Shown here: piece by piece, positions 9,558 to 20,991 of the stretch | Position numbering within the stretch: position 1 is the stretch's first letter | How the letters are laid out: every line of letters begins with the position of its first letter | Source: Candidatus Moranbacteria bacterium CG06_land_8_20_14_3_00_40_12 | Lineage (GTDB): Bacteria; Patescibacteriota; Minisyncoccia; Moranbacterales; UBA2206 | NCBI GenBank assembly: GCA_002780175.1 | Contig: PEVT01000048.1 | Span: 8,754 to 72,753 of the forward strand | DNA: 64,000 nucleotides | Direction: 5' to 3' | Notes under the pieces: model-generated | Databases searched by the model: none | What the model saw: the letters and a program-made list of their open reading frames with translations, nothing else | What the model was told of the DNA's origin: nothing | Position numbers and translations under genes: made by a program

Positions 9558-10625
9558 ATGAATCAAAAAGAAAATAAAAAAATAATAATTTTCCAAAGAG
9601 GTTCTGTCGCCGCGTTTGCTCTAATTCTAATGTTTATTTTAGCGGTGGCGACCATCGGAATAATAACCACCGCCTCTTTGGAAAGAAAAAGCTCTATTTC
9701 AACCGGCAGCTCCACGACCGCTTTCCAGGTGGCGGAAAGCGGTATGGAAAAAACCTTGCAATATTTTAAGGATAATTTCGATAAAAAATTAAGCGATGCG
9801 GGTTCTTGCGCGGCAGGAACCGGAATTGTGACTTACGATCCCTATACGACTATAAGATTCAGAAGTAACGACGAAACGTATATTACGGATTGCGAAGAAT
9901 TAATTTCTAACGTAAATATAATAAAATCCATCGGCACGACCAAACAAGAAACACGAGTCATCGAAGAAGTGGTTTTTTTGGCGGCCAGCAAGCTCTTATT
10001 GCATCTGAATGGAAAAAATTTCGACGGTGATTTTGAAGACTCATCTTATTATTACGAAAAAAATGATCCAATAGAAATTAATGGCGATGTGTCAGTGTCA
10101 ACTGACATATTAAGATTTGGCGGAGGCAGCGCCGAATTTGACGGCACGGGATATCTTTCTATTCCCGATAGCGATGATTGGGACTTGGGAACCAAAAATT
10201 TTACCCTTGATTGGTGGGCAAGGCCGGAAAGTCTGACCGCGAATAACACTTACCTGGAAATAGGTTCTTGGCCGGACTCGGTGTTAATCCGCCAGGATAG
10301 CGCGAACACGTTAGGCGTTTACATCATGGGAGGTTCCGGATACACTTATTCATTCGCTCCTTCAATCGGAGACTGGTATCACATTGCCATCGTAAGAAAA
10401 AACGATGACTTAAGAGTTTTTGTTAATGGCGATCAGGTCGGCGCGGATCAGGATATTTCTTCTAAAAACATACAAGTGTCAGATGAAATGCGGGTAGGAT
10501 CTTCCGTATACGCGAGCGGCCAGGTTTTTTATGGCTACATTGACGAATTAAGAATTTCTAAAGGAGTGGCCAGGTGGTGGGACTCTCCTTTTGATTATCC
10601 GACCGCTGAATATTGGCCGGATTAG
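9558..10625 (+). CDS. PilX-like minor pilin with C-terminal LamG/ConA-like domain
   Basis: RG|SVAAFALILM (no Glu5), AFQVAESGME; WYHIAIVR...FVNG...GYIDELRISKG. Confidence 0.85.
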   Translation: MNQKENKKIIIFQRGSVAAFALILMFILAVATIGIITTASLERKSSISTGSSTTAFQVAESGMEKTLQYFKDNFDKKLSDAGSCAAGTGIVTYDPYTTIRFRSNDETYITDCEELISNVNIIKSIGTTKQETRVIEEVVFLAASKLLLHLNGKNFDGDFEDSSYYYEKNDPIEINGDVSVSTDILRFGGGSAEFDGTGYLSIPDSDDWDLGTKNFTLDWWARPESLTANNTYLEIGSWPDSVLIRQDSANTLGVYIMGGSGYTYSFAPSIGDWYHIAIVRKNDDLRVFVNGDQVGADQDISSKNIQVSDEMRVGSSVYASGQVFYGYIDELRISKGVARWWDSPFDYPTAEYWPD

Positions 10626-10640
10626 TCGTCTAAAGATATC

Positions 10641-10668
10641 GGCGCTTCTTTTTTAGGAAGCGCTTTTT
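10641..10668 (+). terminator. Intrinsic terminator ending the pil locus
   Basis: GCGCTTC-loop-GAAGCGC followed by TTTTT. Confidence 0.7.
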
Positions 10669-10685
10669 ATTTATGTTATAATTGA

Positions 10686-12833
<2,148 letters not shown>

Positions 12834-12837
12834 AAAA

Positions 12838-12940
12838 TAAGAATTTTAAATTTAGTATTTTGAATTTTGAATGGGAATCTGGAATAAAAAAGTTAGAATC
12901 TTGAATTATTCCAAATTCTAAATTCACAATTCTCAATTCT
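12838..12940. repeat. 7-mer-periodic hairpin element, copy 1
   Basis: GAATTTT-type repeats pairing with AAATTCT-type repeats; related 103-bp copy at 13231-13333. Confidence 0.75.
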
Positions 12941-12946
12941 TAAAAT

Positions 12947-13228
12947 ATGATAACCAAAGACGAAGTAAAATATATTGCCAAACTGGCGAGAATCGGAGTT
13001 TCGGAAAAAGAAGTGGAAAAATTTACGCGTGATTTGTCAGCCGTTTTGGATTGGGTGGAAGAATTGAAAAAAGTTGATATTGAAAAAATTTCCGAAATAA
13101 GCCATATTTTTGGGAGGGAAAATTCCTTAAGAGAGGATCGGGTGGAAAAATTCGCGGAAGCGGAAAAAATCATAGAACTTTTTCCGGAAAAAAAAGAACG
13201 GTATGACAAGGTCAAAAGTATTTTTTAA
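12947..13228 (+). CDS. gatC: Asp/Glu-tRNA amidotransferase subunit C
   Basis: ITKDEVKYIAKLARI, LREDRV; upstream of gatA. Confidence 0.93.
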   Translation: MITKDEVKYIAKLARIGVSEKEVEKFTRDLSAVLDWVEELKKVDIEKISEISHIFGRENSLREDRVEKFAEAEKIIELFPEKKERYDKVKSIF

Positions 13229-13230
13229 AG

Positions 13231-13333
13231 TAAGGATTTTGAATTTAGCATTTTGAATTTTGAATGGAAATCGGAAATAAAAAATTTAAAATCTTAAATT
13301 ATTCTGAATTCCAAATTCGTAATTCTAAATTCT
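13231..13333. repeat. 7-mer-periodic hairpin element, copy 2
   Basis: Same length and layout as 12838-12940. Confidence 0.75.
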
Positions 13334-13339
13334 CTAATT

Positions 13340-14809
13340 ATGATCAAAGAATTACACGAAAAATTATTGGCGGGGAAAATAACTTCAGAAAAACTGACGC
13401 AAAATTATTTTTCTAAAATCAAAAAGAAAGATGAAAAAATATCAGCCTTTTTAACCCTAACGGAAGACTTAGCGATGGCGCAGGCTAAGAAAACAGATGA
13501 AAAAATAAAAAAAGGCGAAGAGATCGGAATTTTGGAAGGAATTCCCGGCGCAGTTAAGGACGTCATTTGCATGAAAGGCGTCAGAACTACGGCGGCTTCA
13601 AAAATTCTGGATAATTATATCGCTCCTTATGACGCTACGGTTATTCAGAAACTTAAAGCCAGCGGAGCGGTGTTTTTGGGAAAAACAAATTGCGACGAAT
13701 TCGCCATGGGTTCTTCCACGGAAAAAAGCGCTTACGCTATCACCAAAAATCCAGCTGATTTGCAAAGAGTGCCCGGCGGCTCTTCCGGAGGATCGGCCGC
13801 GGCGGTAGCGGGAGATGAAGCTGTTTGGGCGCTGGGATCGGATACGGGGGGTTCCATCCGGCAGCCGGCTTCTTTTTGCGGAGTGGTGGGGCTCAAACCG
13901 ACCTATGGGCGGGTTTCCCGTTACGGATTGCTGTCTATGGCTTCCAGCTTTGATCAAATCGGACCAATCGCTAAAAACATTGAAGACGCGGCCATTATTT
14001 TAAGCGAGATTGCCGGACAAGACAAAAGAGATGCCACATCAGCCAGAAGCGCCGGGAAAAGATATGAAAAATATCTGGAGGGTTCGATTCAAGGACTAAA
14101 AATCGGATTTATTAAAGAGCATTTTGAAAATCTGAATAAGAAAGTAAAAAATTCCATGGAAAATGTTTTAAAGAAATACGCCCGGTTGGGAGCGGAAATC
14201 AAAGAAATTAATTTGCCCCACATTCGGTATTCCCTGCCGGTTTACTATATTGTTATGCCGTGCGAGGTCAGTTCCAATTTGGCCCGGTTTGATGGAATGA
14301 AATACGGAATGAGAATTTTTGATCAGCAAGATTCGGATTTGGAAAAAATAAATCCGGAAGAAAGAAAATTAAGGGAAATCTATCTGGATTCCCGGCGTTA
14401 TGGATTGGGAGAAGAGGTGAAAAAAAGAATAATGCTGGGCACCTACGCTCTTTCTTCTGGTTATTACGAAGCTTATTATCTGCGAGCGCAGAAAGTAAGG
14501 GAGCTGATTAAAAGAGATTTTGAGAAAATTTTCGCTTCTTCTCAAAAGGGAGTGGATTTAATCCTGGCTCCGACTACGCCGACGCCGGCTTTTAAAATCG
14601 GAGAAAAAAATGCCAATCCGATTGAAATGTATTTGGAAGATATTTTTACCGTCACAGCCAATGTTATCGGCATTCCGGCTATTTCTCTTCCAGCCGATCC
14701 TGTTGACTGGGAGGGCAAGAAATTACCCGTCGGTTTTCAACTGATGGGCAAATGGTTTAACGAGGAAGGAATTTTGCGAGCGGCTTACGCTTACGAGAAA
14801 TCAAGCTAA
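13340..14809 (+). CDS. gatA: Asp/Glu-tRNA amidotransferase subunit A
   Basis: Amidase signature PGGSSGGSAAAVA, GSDTGGSIRQPA. Confidence 0.97.
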   Translation: MIKELHEKLLAGKITSEKLTQNYFSKIKKKDEKISAFLTLTEDLAMAQAKKTDEKIKKGEEIGILEGIPGAVKDVICMKGVRTTAASKILDNYIAPYDATVIQKLKASGAVFLGKTNCDEFAMGSSTEKSAYAITKNPADLQRVPGGSSGGSAAAVAGDEAVWALGSDTGGSIRQPASFCGVVGLKPTYGRVSRYGLLSMASSFDQIGPIAKNIEDAAIILSEIAGQDKRDATSARSAGKRYEKYLEGSIQGLKIGFIKEHFENLNKKVKNSMENVLKKYARLGAEIKEINLPHIRYSLPVYYIVMPCEVSSNLARFDGMKYGMRIFDQQDSDLEKINPEERKLREIYLDSRRYGLGEEVKKRIMLGTYALSSGYYEAYYLRAQKVRELIKRDFEKIFASSQKGVDLILAPTTPTPAFKIGEKNANPIEMYLEDIFTVTANVIGIPAISLPADPVDWEGKKLPVGFQLMGKWFNEEGILRAAYAYEKSS

Positions 14810-14830
14810 TTTTTTCAATAAATTAAAATT

Positions 14831-15367
14831 ATGAGCGGGGAATTATTCTTTTCAAAATTTTACGCGATGACAACGGCTTTTTCCGGTACGGCTGTTTTTT
14901 TTGTCATTAAGGTGATGCTGGGAATTTATGCGGCGGTTCTTTTGGCGGACGTGATTTTATTGTTAATTCAAAGAGGAGTAGGAAATGTTTTCAGAGAAGG
15001 ATTTTCTGTCGGCATGAATATTCCTCCGGAACTGACGATTAGAAAGAAAAAAACCAAAGTTCGCTGGGAAAAAATAAAAAAACACCTGGAAAGCCGGGAA
15101 GAAAAAGAATTTAAGATAGCCATTATTGAGGCGGATGAAATGGTTGGCGATTTAATAAAAAGGATGGGTTATCAAGGGGAAAATTTAGGAGAAATTTTGA
15201 AGAATGTCCCGGAAACGCAAATAGAAAACATTGTTCAGGTAAAAAAAGCGCATGAAACAAAAAATCGGATAATTCACGATGAGCGTTTTTCGGTCAGTCT
15301 GGAATTAGCCAAAGAAACATTAGGCTATTACGAAAAATTTTTGGATGAATTTGAAGTTTTTGATTGA
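14831..15367 (+). CDS. Hypothetical membrane-anchored protein
   Basis: 178 aa, N-terminal TM, KIAIIEAD...GYQGENLGE...AHETKNRIIH. Confidence 0.75.
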   Translation: MSGELFFSKFYAMTTAFSGTAVFFVIKVMLGIYAAVLLADVILLLIQRGVGNVFREGFSVGMNIPPELTIRKKKTKVRWEKIKKHLESREEKEFKIAIIEADEMVGDLIKRMGYQGENLGEILKNVPETQIENIVQVKKAHETKNRIIHDERFSVSLELAKETLGYYEKFLDEFEVFD

Positions 15368-15393
15368 CAGGCTCGGGTTATTTGGGGTACAAT
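15364..15393 (+). promoter_or_regulatory. Sigma70 promoter of the tRNA cluster
   Basis: TTGACA-18-TACAAT. Confidence 0.7.
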
Positions 15394-15416
15394 AAAAGCT
15401 GATTTTTTGTTTTTTT

Positions 15417-15491
15417 AGCGGGGTAGAGTAATGGCAGCTCGTCTGGCTCATAACCAGGAGGTTGCAGGTTCGAATCCTGCCCCCGCAACCA
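15417..15491 (+). tRNA. tRNA-fMet (CAT, initiator-type)
   Basis: Cloverleaf with CTCATAA loop, 1:72 mismatch (A:A), A11-U24, encoded CCA. Confidence 0.9.
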
Positions 15492-15503
15492 AGCTAAGCT
15501 TGG

Positions 15504-15616
15504 TTTAGGCCAGCTAAGCTGGCCAACCAAGAAACCAGGATTATTTTAGGTCAGCTAAGCTGGCCAACCAAGAAACTAAGATTATTTTAGGCCAGCTAAG
15601 CTGGCCAACCAAGAAA
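15504..15616 (+). repeat. Three 41-bp tandem hairpin repeats
   Basis: TTTAGGCCAGCTAAGCTGGCCAACCAAGAAA at 15504, 15545 and 15586. Confidence 0.9.
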
Positions 15617-15621
15617 TAAAT

Positions 15622-15894
15622 ATGTATTATGTTTATATACTGTTTAGTGAAAAAGATAAACAATTGTATATTGGCTATGCAGATGATTTAAAAGCTAGAT
15701 TTGAAAAACATAGCAAAGGATTTGTTCGCGCAACTAAATTTAGACTACCGCTGAAATTGATTTATTATGAAGCATATATAAAACAATCCGACGCTAAGCG
15801 TCGGGAAAAGTTTTTAAAAGGCGGAAAAGGTAGGGGTCAATTGAAGATTCAATTAAAAGATATTTTAGAGAAAGTGTGCTATAAAAACTTGTAA
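15622..15894 (+). CDS. Small GIY-YIG nuclease (UPF0213-like)
   Basis: YYVYIL...LYIGY...RFEKH...YYEAY...AKRREKFLK. Confidence 0.92.
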   Translation: MYYVYILFSEKDKQLYIGYADDLKARFEKHSKGFVRATKFRLPLKLIYYEAYIKQSDAKRREKFLKGGKGRGQLKIQLKDILEKVCYKNL

Positions 15895-15895
15895 C

Positions 15896-16166
15896 GCCAA
15901 AATAGCTCAGATGGTTATCTAGCCTCGACTCGCGGAGGCGCTCGTTGACGCGAGGCAGGGAGCACGGGATTCACCCCCTCACCAAAATGCCGGCGTAGCT
16001 CAGTTGGTTAGAGCGATGGACTCATAAGCCATAGGTCAGAGGTTCAAATCCTCTCGCCGGTACGGCATTTTAGTGGAGGGGCGAGTAAGTCCGCCGACTG
16101 GCGGATCGAGAATTTTTCCCCCGTAGCGAACCGATTCTGCTACTGGGGTGAATTTCTCTCCTGGTA
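15896..16166 (+). pseudogene. Decayed tRNA(CAT) interrupted by four hairpin insertions
   Basis: Segments GCCAAAA-TA-GCTC-AGATGGTTA / GAGC-A-CGGGA-TTCA / TAA-GTCCG / GATC-GAGAA-TTT / GAAT-TTCTC-TCCTGGT-A join into a cloverleaf. Confidence 0.65.
15989..16062 (+). tRNA. tRNA(CAT), elongator Met or Ile2
   Basis: GCCGGCG...CTCATAA...GGTTCAAATCC...CGCCGGT-A; no encoded CCA. Confidence 0.9.
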
Positions 16167-16241
16167 CGAAAAAAATTAAAAATTAAAAAATCAAAATGTA
16201 AAATTTTTATTTTTGATTTTTACATTTTTCATTAATATATT

Positions 16242-16315
16242 GGACCGGTAGCTCAGTTGGTTAGAGCGTCTCCCTGTCACGGAGAAGGTCGCGAGTTCGA
16301 GTCTCGTCCGGTCCG
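16242..16315 (+). tRNA. tRNA-Asp (GTC)
   Basis: GGACCGG...CTGTCAC loop...GTTCGAGT...CCGGTCC-G. Confidence 0.95.
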
Positions 16316-16434
16316 CCTTCGAATAAAAGCAATCTCTTTGGGGGTTGTTTTTTTCTTGAATAAACTCGGGCTTAATGATAATATGGAAATAGATAAAAAC
16401 GCCTGAAAACGAAGATTTTTGAAGTTTTGATGGA

Positions 16435-16460
16435 ATTACGTAATTAAGTATGTAATAAAA
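16435..16460. promoter_or_regulatory. 8-6-8 palindromic site, copy 1
   Basis: ATTACGTA-ATTAAG-TATGTAAT-AAAA; related sites at 24117 and 60388. Confidence 0.6.
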
Positions 16461-16464
16461 ATTT

Positions 16465-16641
16465 ATGGCAAAACGCCCACAAAATGAAAATAGTATTCGA
16501 AAATTAACGAAATTGGGTAAAAAAAGTCTTTGTGTCACAATTCCGATTGAGATCATCCGCGAATTCGGCTGGAGGGAACGGCAGAAGCTTGTTGTCAAAA
16601 AATTCGGAAAGAAAATTATTATTGAAGATTGGAAAAAATAA
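16465..16641 (+). CDS. AbrB/MazE/SpoVT-like small DNA-binding protein (58 aa, below ORF-track cutoff)
   Basis: MAKRPQNENSIRKLTKLGKKSLCVTIPIEIIREFGWRERQKLVVKKFGKKIIIEDWKK; S-x-x-V-T-I-P swapped-hairpin pattern. Confidence 0.8.
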   Translation: MAKRPQNENSIRKLTKLGKKSLCVTIPIEIIREFGWRERQKLVVKKFGKKIIIEDWKK

Positions 16642-16656
16642 ATAATTTTTATAATT

Positions 16657-18195
16657 ATGGCCAATAATAAAATGGAGGGTTTTGAGAAAACTCTTTTCAA
16701 AGCGGCGGATAAATTGCGGAAAAATATTGACGCGGCGGAATATAAACATGTGGCTCTGGGCTTGATATTTCTGAAATATATTTCTGATTCTTTTGAGGAA
16801 GTTTATCTAAAATTAAAAGAGGGCAAGGGCGAGTATGAAGGCGCCGATCCGGAAGATAGTGATGAATATGCGGCCGCGCATGTTTTTTATGTTCCACTAA
16901 AAGCGCGCTGGTCATATTTATATTCCCGAGCCAAGCTGCCATCGATTGGAAATGATCTGGATGAAGCGATGGATGCGATTGAAAAAGATAATCCGCCGCT
17001 TAAAGGAATTTTGCCAAAAGCCTATGCGAAACCGAATTTAGACAAGGCGTCTTTGGGCGGGCTGATTGATCTCATTGGAAATATTGCCCTCGGAGATGAG
17101 GCGGCAAAATCCAAAGATCTGCTTGGTCATGTTTATGAGTATTTTCTGGGCGAATTTGCTAATGCCGAGGGCAAAAAGGGCGGACAATTTTATACGCCGA
17201 AATCAATCGTGAAAATTATGGTTGAAATGATTGAACCCTACAAAGGTCGAGTCTATGATCCGGCTTGCGGGTCTGGCGGAATGTTCGTGATGAGTGAAAA
17301 ATTCGTGAAAGAACACAAGGGAAGAATCGATGACATTTCCATTTATGGACAGGAATCCAATCAAACTACATACAGACTTTGCAGAATGAACTTGGCGATT
17401 CGCGGTATTGATAGTTCTCAAGTGGCATGGAATACGGAGGGATCATTTCTAAATGACGCGCATAAAGATTTGAGAGCGGATTATATTCTCGCCAACCCTC
17501 CTTTTAATGATAGTGATTGGTCGGGTGACCAATTGCGCGGAGACGCGCGCTGGAAATACGGCGTGCCGCCGACCGGTAATGCTAATTTTGCCTGGATGCA
17601 GCATATGATCCACCATCTTTCGCCCAAAGGAATTATGGCCTTGGTTTTAGCCAATGGTTCGCTTTCGTCCAACACTTCCAATGAAGGAGAAATCAGAAAA
17701 AACATCATTGAAAACGATTTGGTGGATTGTATTGTCGCGCTTCCCAAACAGCTTTTCTATAATACGGGCATCCCGGCGTGCCTTTGGTTTCTTTCCCGCA
17801 AACGATCGGGCAACGGCGATCGAAAACGAACCGGCGAAATTCTTTTTATTGATGCCAGTGAAATGGGATATTTGTCAGACCGAACACACCGAATGTTTAC
17901 GGATAATGATGTCAAAAAAATTGCCGATACTTATCACGAATGGAGAAGTAAAGAAAGCAAATATAAAAATATCAAAGGATTTTGCAATTCAGCCACGGTA
18001 AAAGATATTGAAAAACATAATTTTGTCCTCACACCCGGCCGTTATGTTGGCATTCCGGATGAAATCGATGACGGAATTCCTTTTGAGAAAAAGATGGGAA
18101 AATTGAATGAAGAATTGAAAGGGCAGATGGAAAAAGGGAAAAAGTTGAATGATGAAATAAAAAAACAGCTTTCAAAAATTGGATATGGACTCTAA
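16657..18195 (+). CDS. hsdM: Type I RM methyltransferase subunit
   Basis: [20 protein letters not shown]. Confidence 0.96.
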   Translation: MANNKMEGFEKTLFKAADKLRKNIDAAEYKHVALGLIFLKYISDSFEEVYLKLKEGKGEYEGADPEDSDEYAAAHVFYVPLKARWSYLYSRAKLPSIGNDLDEAMDAIEKDNPPLKGILPKAYAKPNLDKASLGGLIDLIGNIALGDEAAKSKDLLGHVYEYFLGEFANAEGKKGGQFYTPKSIVKIMVEMIEPYKGRVYDPACGSGGMFVMSEKFVKEHKGRIDDISIYGQESNQTTYRLCRMNLAIRGIDSSQVAWNTEGSFLNDAHKDLRADYILANPPFNDSDWSGDQLRGDARWKYGVPPTGNANFAWMQHMIHHLSPKGIMALVLANGSLSSNTSNEGEIRKNIIENDLVDCIVALPKQLFYNTGIPACLWFLSRKRSGNGDRKRTGEILFIDASEMGYLSDRTHRMFTDNDVKKIADTYHEWRSKESKYKNIKGFCNSATVKDIEKHNFVLTPGRYVGIPDEIDDGIPFEKKMGKLNEELKGQMEKGKKLNDEIKKQLSKIGYGL

Positions 18196-19150
18196 TGTTT
18201 TAATAATATTTGATACAAATAGGATTAGGAAAACCTCTAAGGGGGAGGCCGACTACTCGGATTTTAGTTTGGGCGGTGATTATCCTGAACTTTTAAAATT
18301 TGTAAAATTAAATAATTTAGAGAAATTTATTGATTTGGCAATACCTGAAATAGTTATTGATGAGCTGGAAATGCAATCTAAAAAATCATATTTTAACGAT
18401 CTAGAGGCATTGGAAAATATGAAAACAAGACTTGCTCCCATAATGGGAATTTTTACTAAGGGGAGGATGGCCTTTGATCCCGACAATCATATTCGGAAAA
18501 ACATAGAAAAATATTTGGCAGATAAAGGGAATGTGAAAATTTTAAAAATGAAAAAAGTTGATGATATTTTGGATCATCTAAAGAAGAAGGCTTTTTTGGT
18601 AAAAAAACCTTTTAAAAACAATGGCAATGGAGGTTTTAAAGATGCAATTTTATGGGAAAATATTTTACATTCAGACATATTTTCAAAATATGAAACAATT
18701 TATTTTTTTACAGAGAATGCTAATGATTTTGAGGGTTGCGGAACTGAATTTTTTAAAAAACATGGTAAAGATTTTAAAATTGTGGTGAATTATCCTCAAC
18801 TGGAAACGTTGCTTGAAGAAAAGTATATTGATTTGATTGAAAATATATCAATTTTTAAATTTATTAAGGACGATTATTTTAAGGACTATGTGGAAAAAAG
18901 CACGAAAGATCAGCGATTGAATGAAATAAATTCTGGCAATTTTGAGGATTATAAAATAACAGATGTAGAAATTAAAGATATTTGTCATGATTTTGAAAAA
19001 ATTGACAAGCTCAGGGAAGAGGAAATGGATCTTTATAAAATAATTTCGCTAGTGAAAATAACCTTAGATAATGGTCAAAAAAAGGAAATATTAGCAACTA
19101 CAACAATAGATGAAGATAGGCAGTTTATAGATTTTGAAATTGAACAATAA
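18185..19150 (+). CDS. PIN-like domain protein (putative RNase)
   Basis: IIFDTN...IPEIVIDEL...[12 protein letters not shown]...FTENANDF acidic pattern; ATG at 18185 overlaps hsdM end. Confidence 0.75.
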   Translation: MDSNVLIIFDTNRIRKTSKGEADYSDFSLGGDYPELLKFVKLNNLEKFIDLAIPEIVIDELEMQSKKSYFNDLEALENMKTRLAPIMGIFTKGRMAFDPDNHIRKNIEKYLADKGNVKILKMKKVDDILDHLKKKAFLVKKPFKNNGNGGFKDAILWENILHSDIFSKYETIYFFTENANDFEGCGTEFFKKHGKDFKIVVNYPQLETLLEEKYIDLIENISIFKFIKDDYFKDYVEKSTKDQRLNEINSGNFEDYKITDVEIKDICHDFEKIDKLREEEMDLYKIISLVKITLDNGQKKEILATTTIDEDRQFIDFEIEQ

Positions 19151-19153
19151 TTT

Positions 19154-20356
19154 ATGAATAATTGGAAAGGAACAACTTTAGGAGAAATTTGCAAGATATT
19201 AAGTGGAAGTACGCCATCAACAAAAGACACTGGTTTCTGGGATGGAAATATATCTTGGATTACGCCGAAAGATTTATCGGGATATGATAATGTTTTTATA
19301 GAAAGAGGGGAAAGAAATATAACAGACAAGGGTTTAAAAAATTCTTCGGCACAATTATTGCCAGTAAATACAGTTTTATTTTCATCGCGAGCGCCAATTG
19401 GCTATATTGCAATAGCAAAAAGAGAATTAACTACAAATCAGGGTTTTAAAAATATTATTTGCGATGAAAAGAAAACACATTTTAAGTTTATTTATTATTG
19501 GTTAAAAAATAGAAGCGATTATATTGAAAAACTCTCTTCCGGGTCAACCTTTAGTGAAGCTTCAGCGACTTTAATGAGAAGCTTGGAAATAAATCTACCA
19601 TCTATTGAGGAACAAAAACAAATTGCAGCGATGCTGTCGAGTTTGGATGATAAGATTGAGCTTTTGCGAAAGCAGAATGAAACACTGGAAAAAATTGCGC
19701 AGGGTGTTTTCAAGGAATGGTTCGTAAATTTTAAAATTGATGGCAAAAAATTAAAACTAAAAAATGGCATTCCGGAGGAGTGGAAAGTTGGAAAAATTTA
19801 TGAAACAGGAAAAGTTGTTTGTGGAAAGACACCATCAAAAGAAAATACTGATTATTTTGGCGGAAAAATACCATTTATAAAAATTCCAGATATGCATGGT
19901 CAAATGTTTCTTTTGAAGACTATCGATAAACTTTCAAAAAATGGTGCTGATTCTCAAAAAACAAAAACTATTCCAAAAAATTCAATCTGTGTGAGTTGTA
20001 TTGCGACGGTTGGATTAGTTTCAATAACAACTGAAGATTCGCAAACCAATCAACAGATCAACTCGGTAGTTCCAAATGATGAATATTTACTTGAATATTT
20101 ATATTTTTCTTTAAAATCCATCAGTGGATTTTTAAATTCTATAGGTTCGAGTGGCACAACAACGGCAAATGTAAATACCGGAACTTTTATGAATTTGGAA
20201 ATTTTAATTCCAGCAGAAGAACATTTATTGTTATTTCATAAAAATACCGTGGCAATGTTTTCTAAAATAAAAGATAATAATTTTCAAATCCAAACCCTCT
20301 CTCGCTTGCGCGACACGCTGTTGCCGAAGTTGATGAGCGGGGAAATAACAATATGA
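19154..20356 (+). CDS. hsdS: Type I RM specificity subunit
   Basis: Two TRDs (GSTPS, GKTPS), PSIEEQKQIA spacer, LRDTLLPKLMSGEI end. Confidence 0.95.
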   Translation: MNNWKGTTLGEICKILSGSTPSTKDTGFWDGNISWITPKDLSGYDNVFIERGERNITDKGLKNSSAQLLPVNTVLFSSRAPIGYIAIAKRELTTNQGFKNIICDEKKTHFKFIYYWLKNRSDYIEKLSSGSTFSEASATLMRSLEINLPSIEEQKQIAAMLSSLDDKIELLRKQNETLEKIAQGVFKEWFVNFKIDGKKLKLKNGIPEEWKVGKIYETGKVVCGKTPSKENTDYFGGKIPFIKIPDMHGQMFLLKTIDKLSKNGADSQKTKTIPKNSICVSCIATVGLVSITTEDSQTNQQINSVVPNDEYLLEYLYFSLKSISGFLNSIGSSGTTTANVNTGTFMNLEILIPAEEHLLLFHKNTVAMFSKIKDNNFQIQTLSRLRDTLLPKLMSGEITI

Positions 20357-20982
20357 GTAATTTAGAATTTATAAAACAGACAAAAATGAAACTCTTTGGA
20401 TATGCTATAGGTGATATTATTAGAGCAACAAGGGGAAACTCTCTAATGGGATCATTTGTTCAATGTTTTTGTTTTGTGGGGTATATAGCAGAAATTGCTC
20501 GTATAATAAAGCCCGGAGAGATGGCAGGTGATAAAATTTGTTATAAAAACTTTATTGAAAAGTATTTATCGCAATATGATAGTGGAAAAGTGTATGCAAT
20601 TAGGTGCGGACTGGTTCACACTTATGGTTATGCCAATTCAATGAATGAGGCGAAGATTACGGGGTATTCTTTTCAGCATAAAAACCCAGAAAACCATAGA
20701 AGATATGAAAATAACGTGTATCATTTAAATTTGAGTAATTTTATTTTTGATATCATAAAGGCAACATATGATTTTTTTAAAGAATTGGAAAGTAAAAGTG
20801 AAGAGGATCTATTTGATTATAGACAAAGAATTAAAGCAACTCTAACAGTGAATACTGAAACGGGGCCGAGAATTTCCATGAACTATGCGGGAGTAGATAG
20901 CATTTTATCTGTTATGGACTCTAGCAATATAGAATGGAAAATGTTAGAAGATAATATTTATCAACTTTGCTTAAAGGCATAA
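20353..20982 (+). CDS. Hypothetical protein with HEPN-like RxxxxH motif
   Basis: Helical 209 aa, VYAIRCGLVHTY; overlaps hsdS stop. Confidence 0.6.
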   Translation: MSNLEFIKQTKMKLFGYAIGDIIRATRGNSLMGSFVQCFCFVGYIAEIARIIKPGEMAGDKICYKNFIEKYLSQYDSGKVYAIRCGLVHTYGYANSMNEAKITGYSFQHKNPENHRRYENNVYHLNLSNFIFDIIKATYDFFKELESKSEEDLFDYRQRIKATLTVNTETGPRISMNYAGVDSILSVMDSSNIEWKMLEDNIYQLCLKA

Positions 20983-20991
20983 TATTTTTTT

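Noticed and set aside
15504-15616. CRISPR array
   Set aside because: Units are near-identical 41-mers with only ~10 nt between hairpin cores and no unique spacers; no cas genes in the window
15896-16166. Functional multi-intron tRNA
   Set aside because: Reconstructed outer tRNA has two acceptor-stem mismatches and lacks G53-C61 and TTC, so decay is more likely than splicing; not formally excluded
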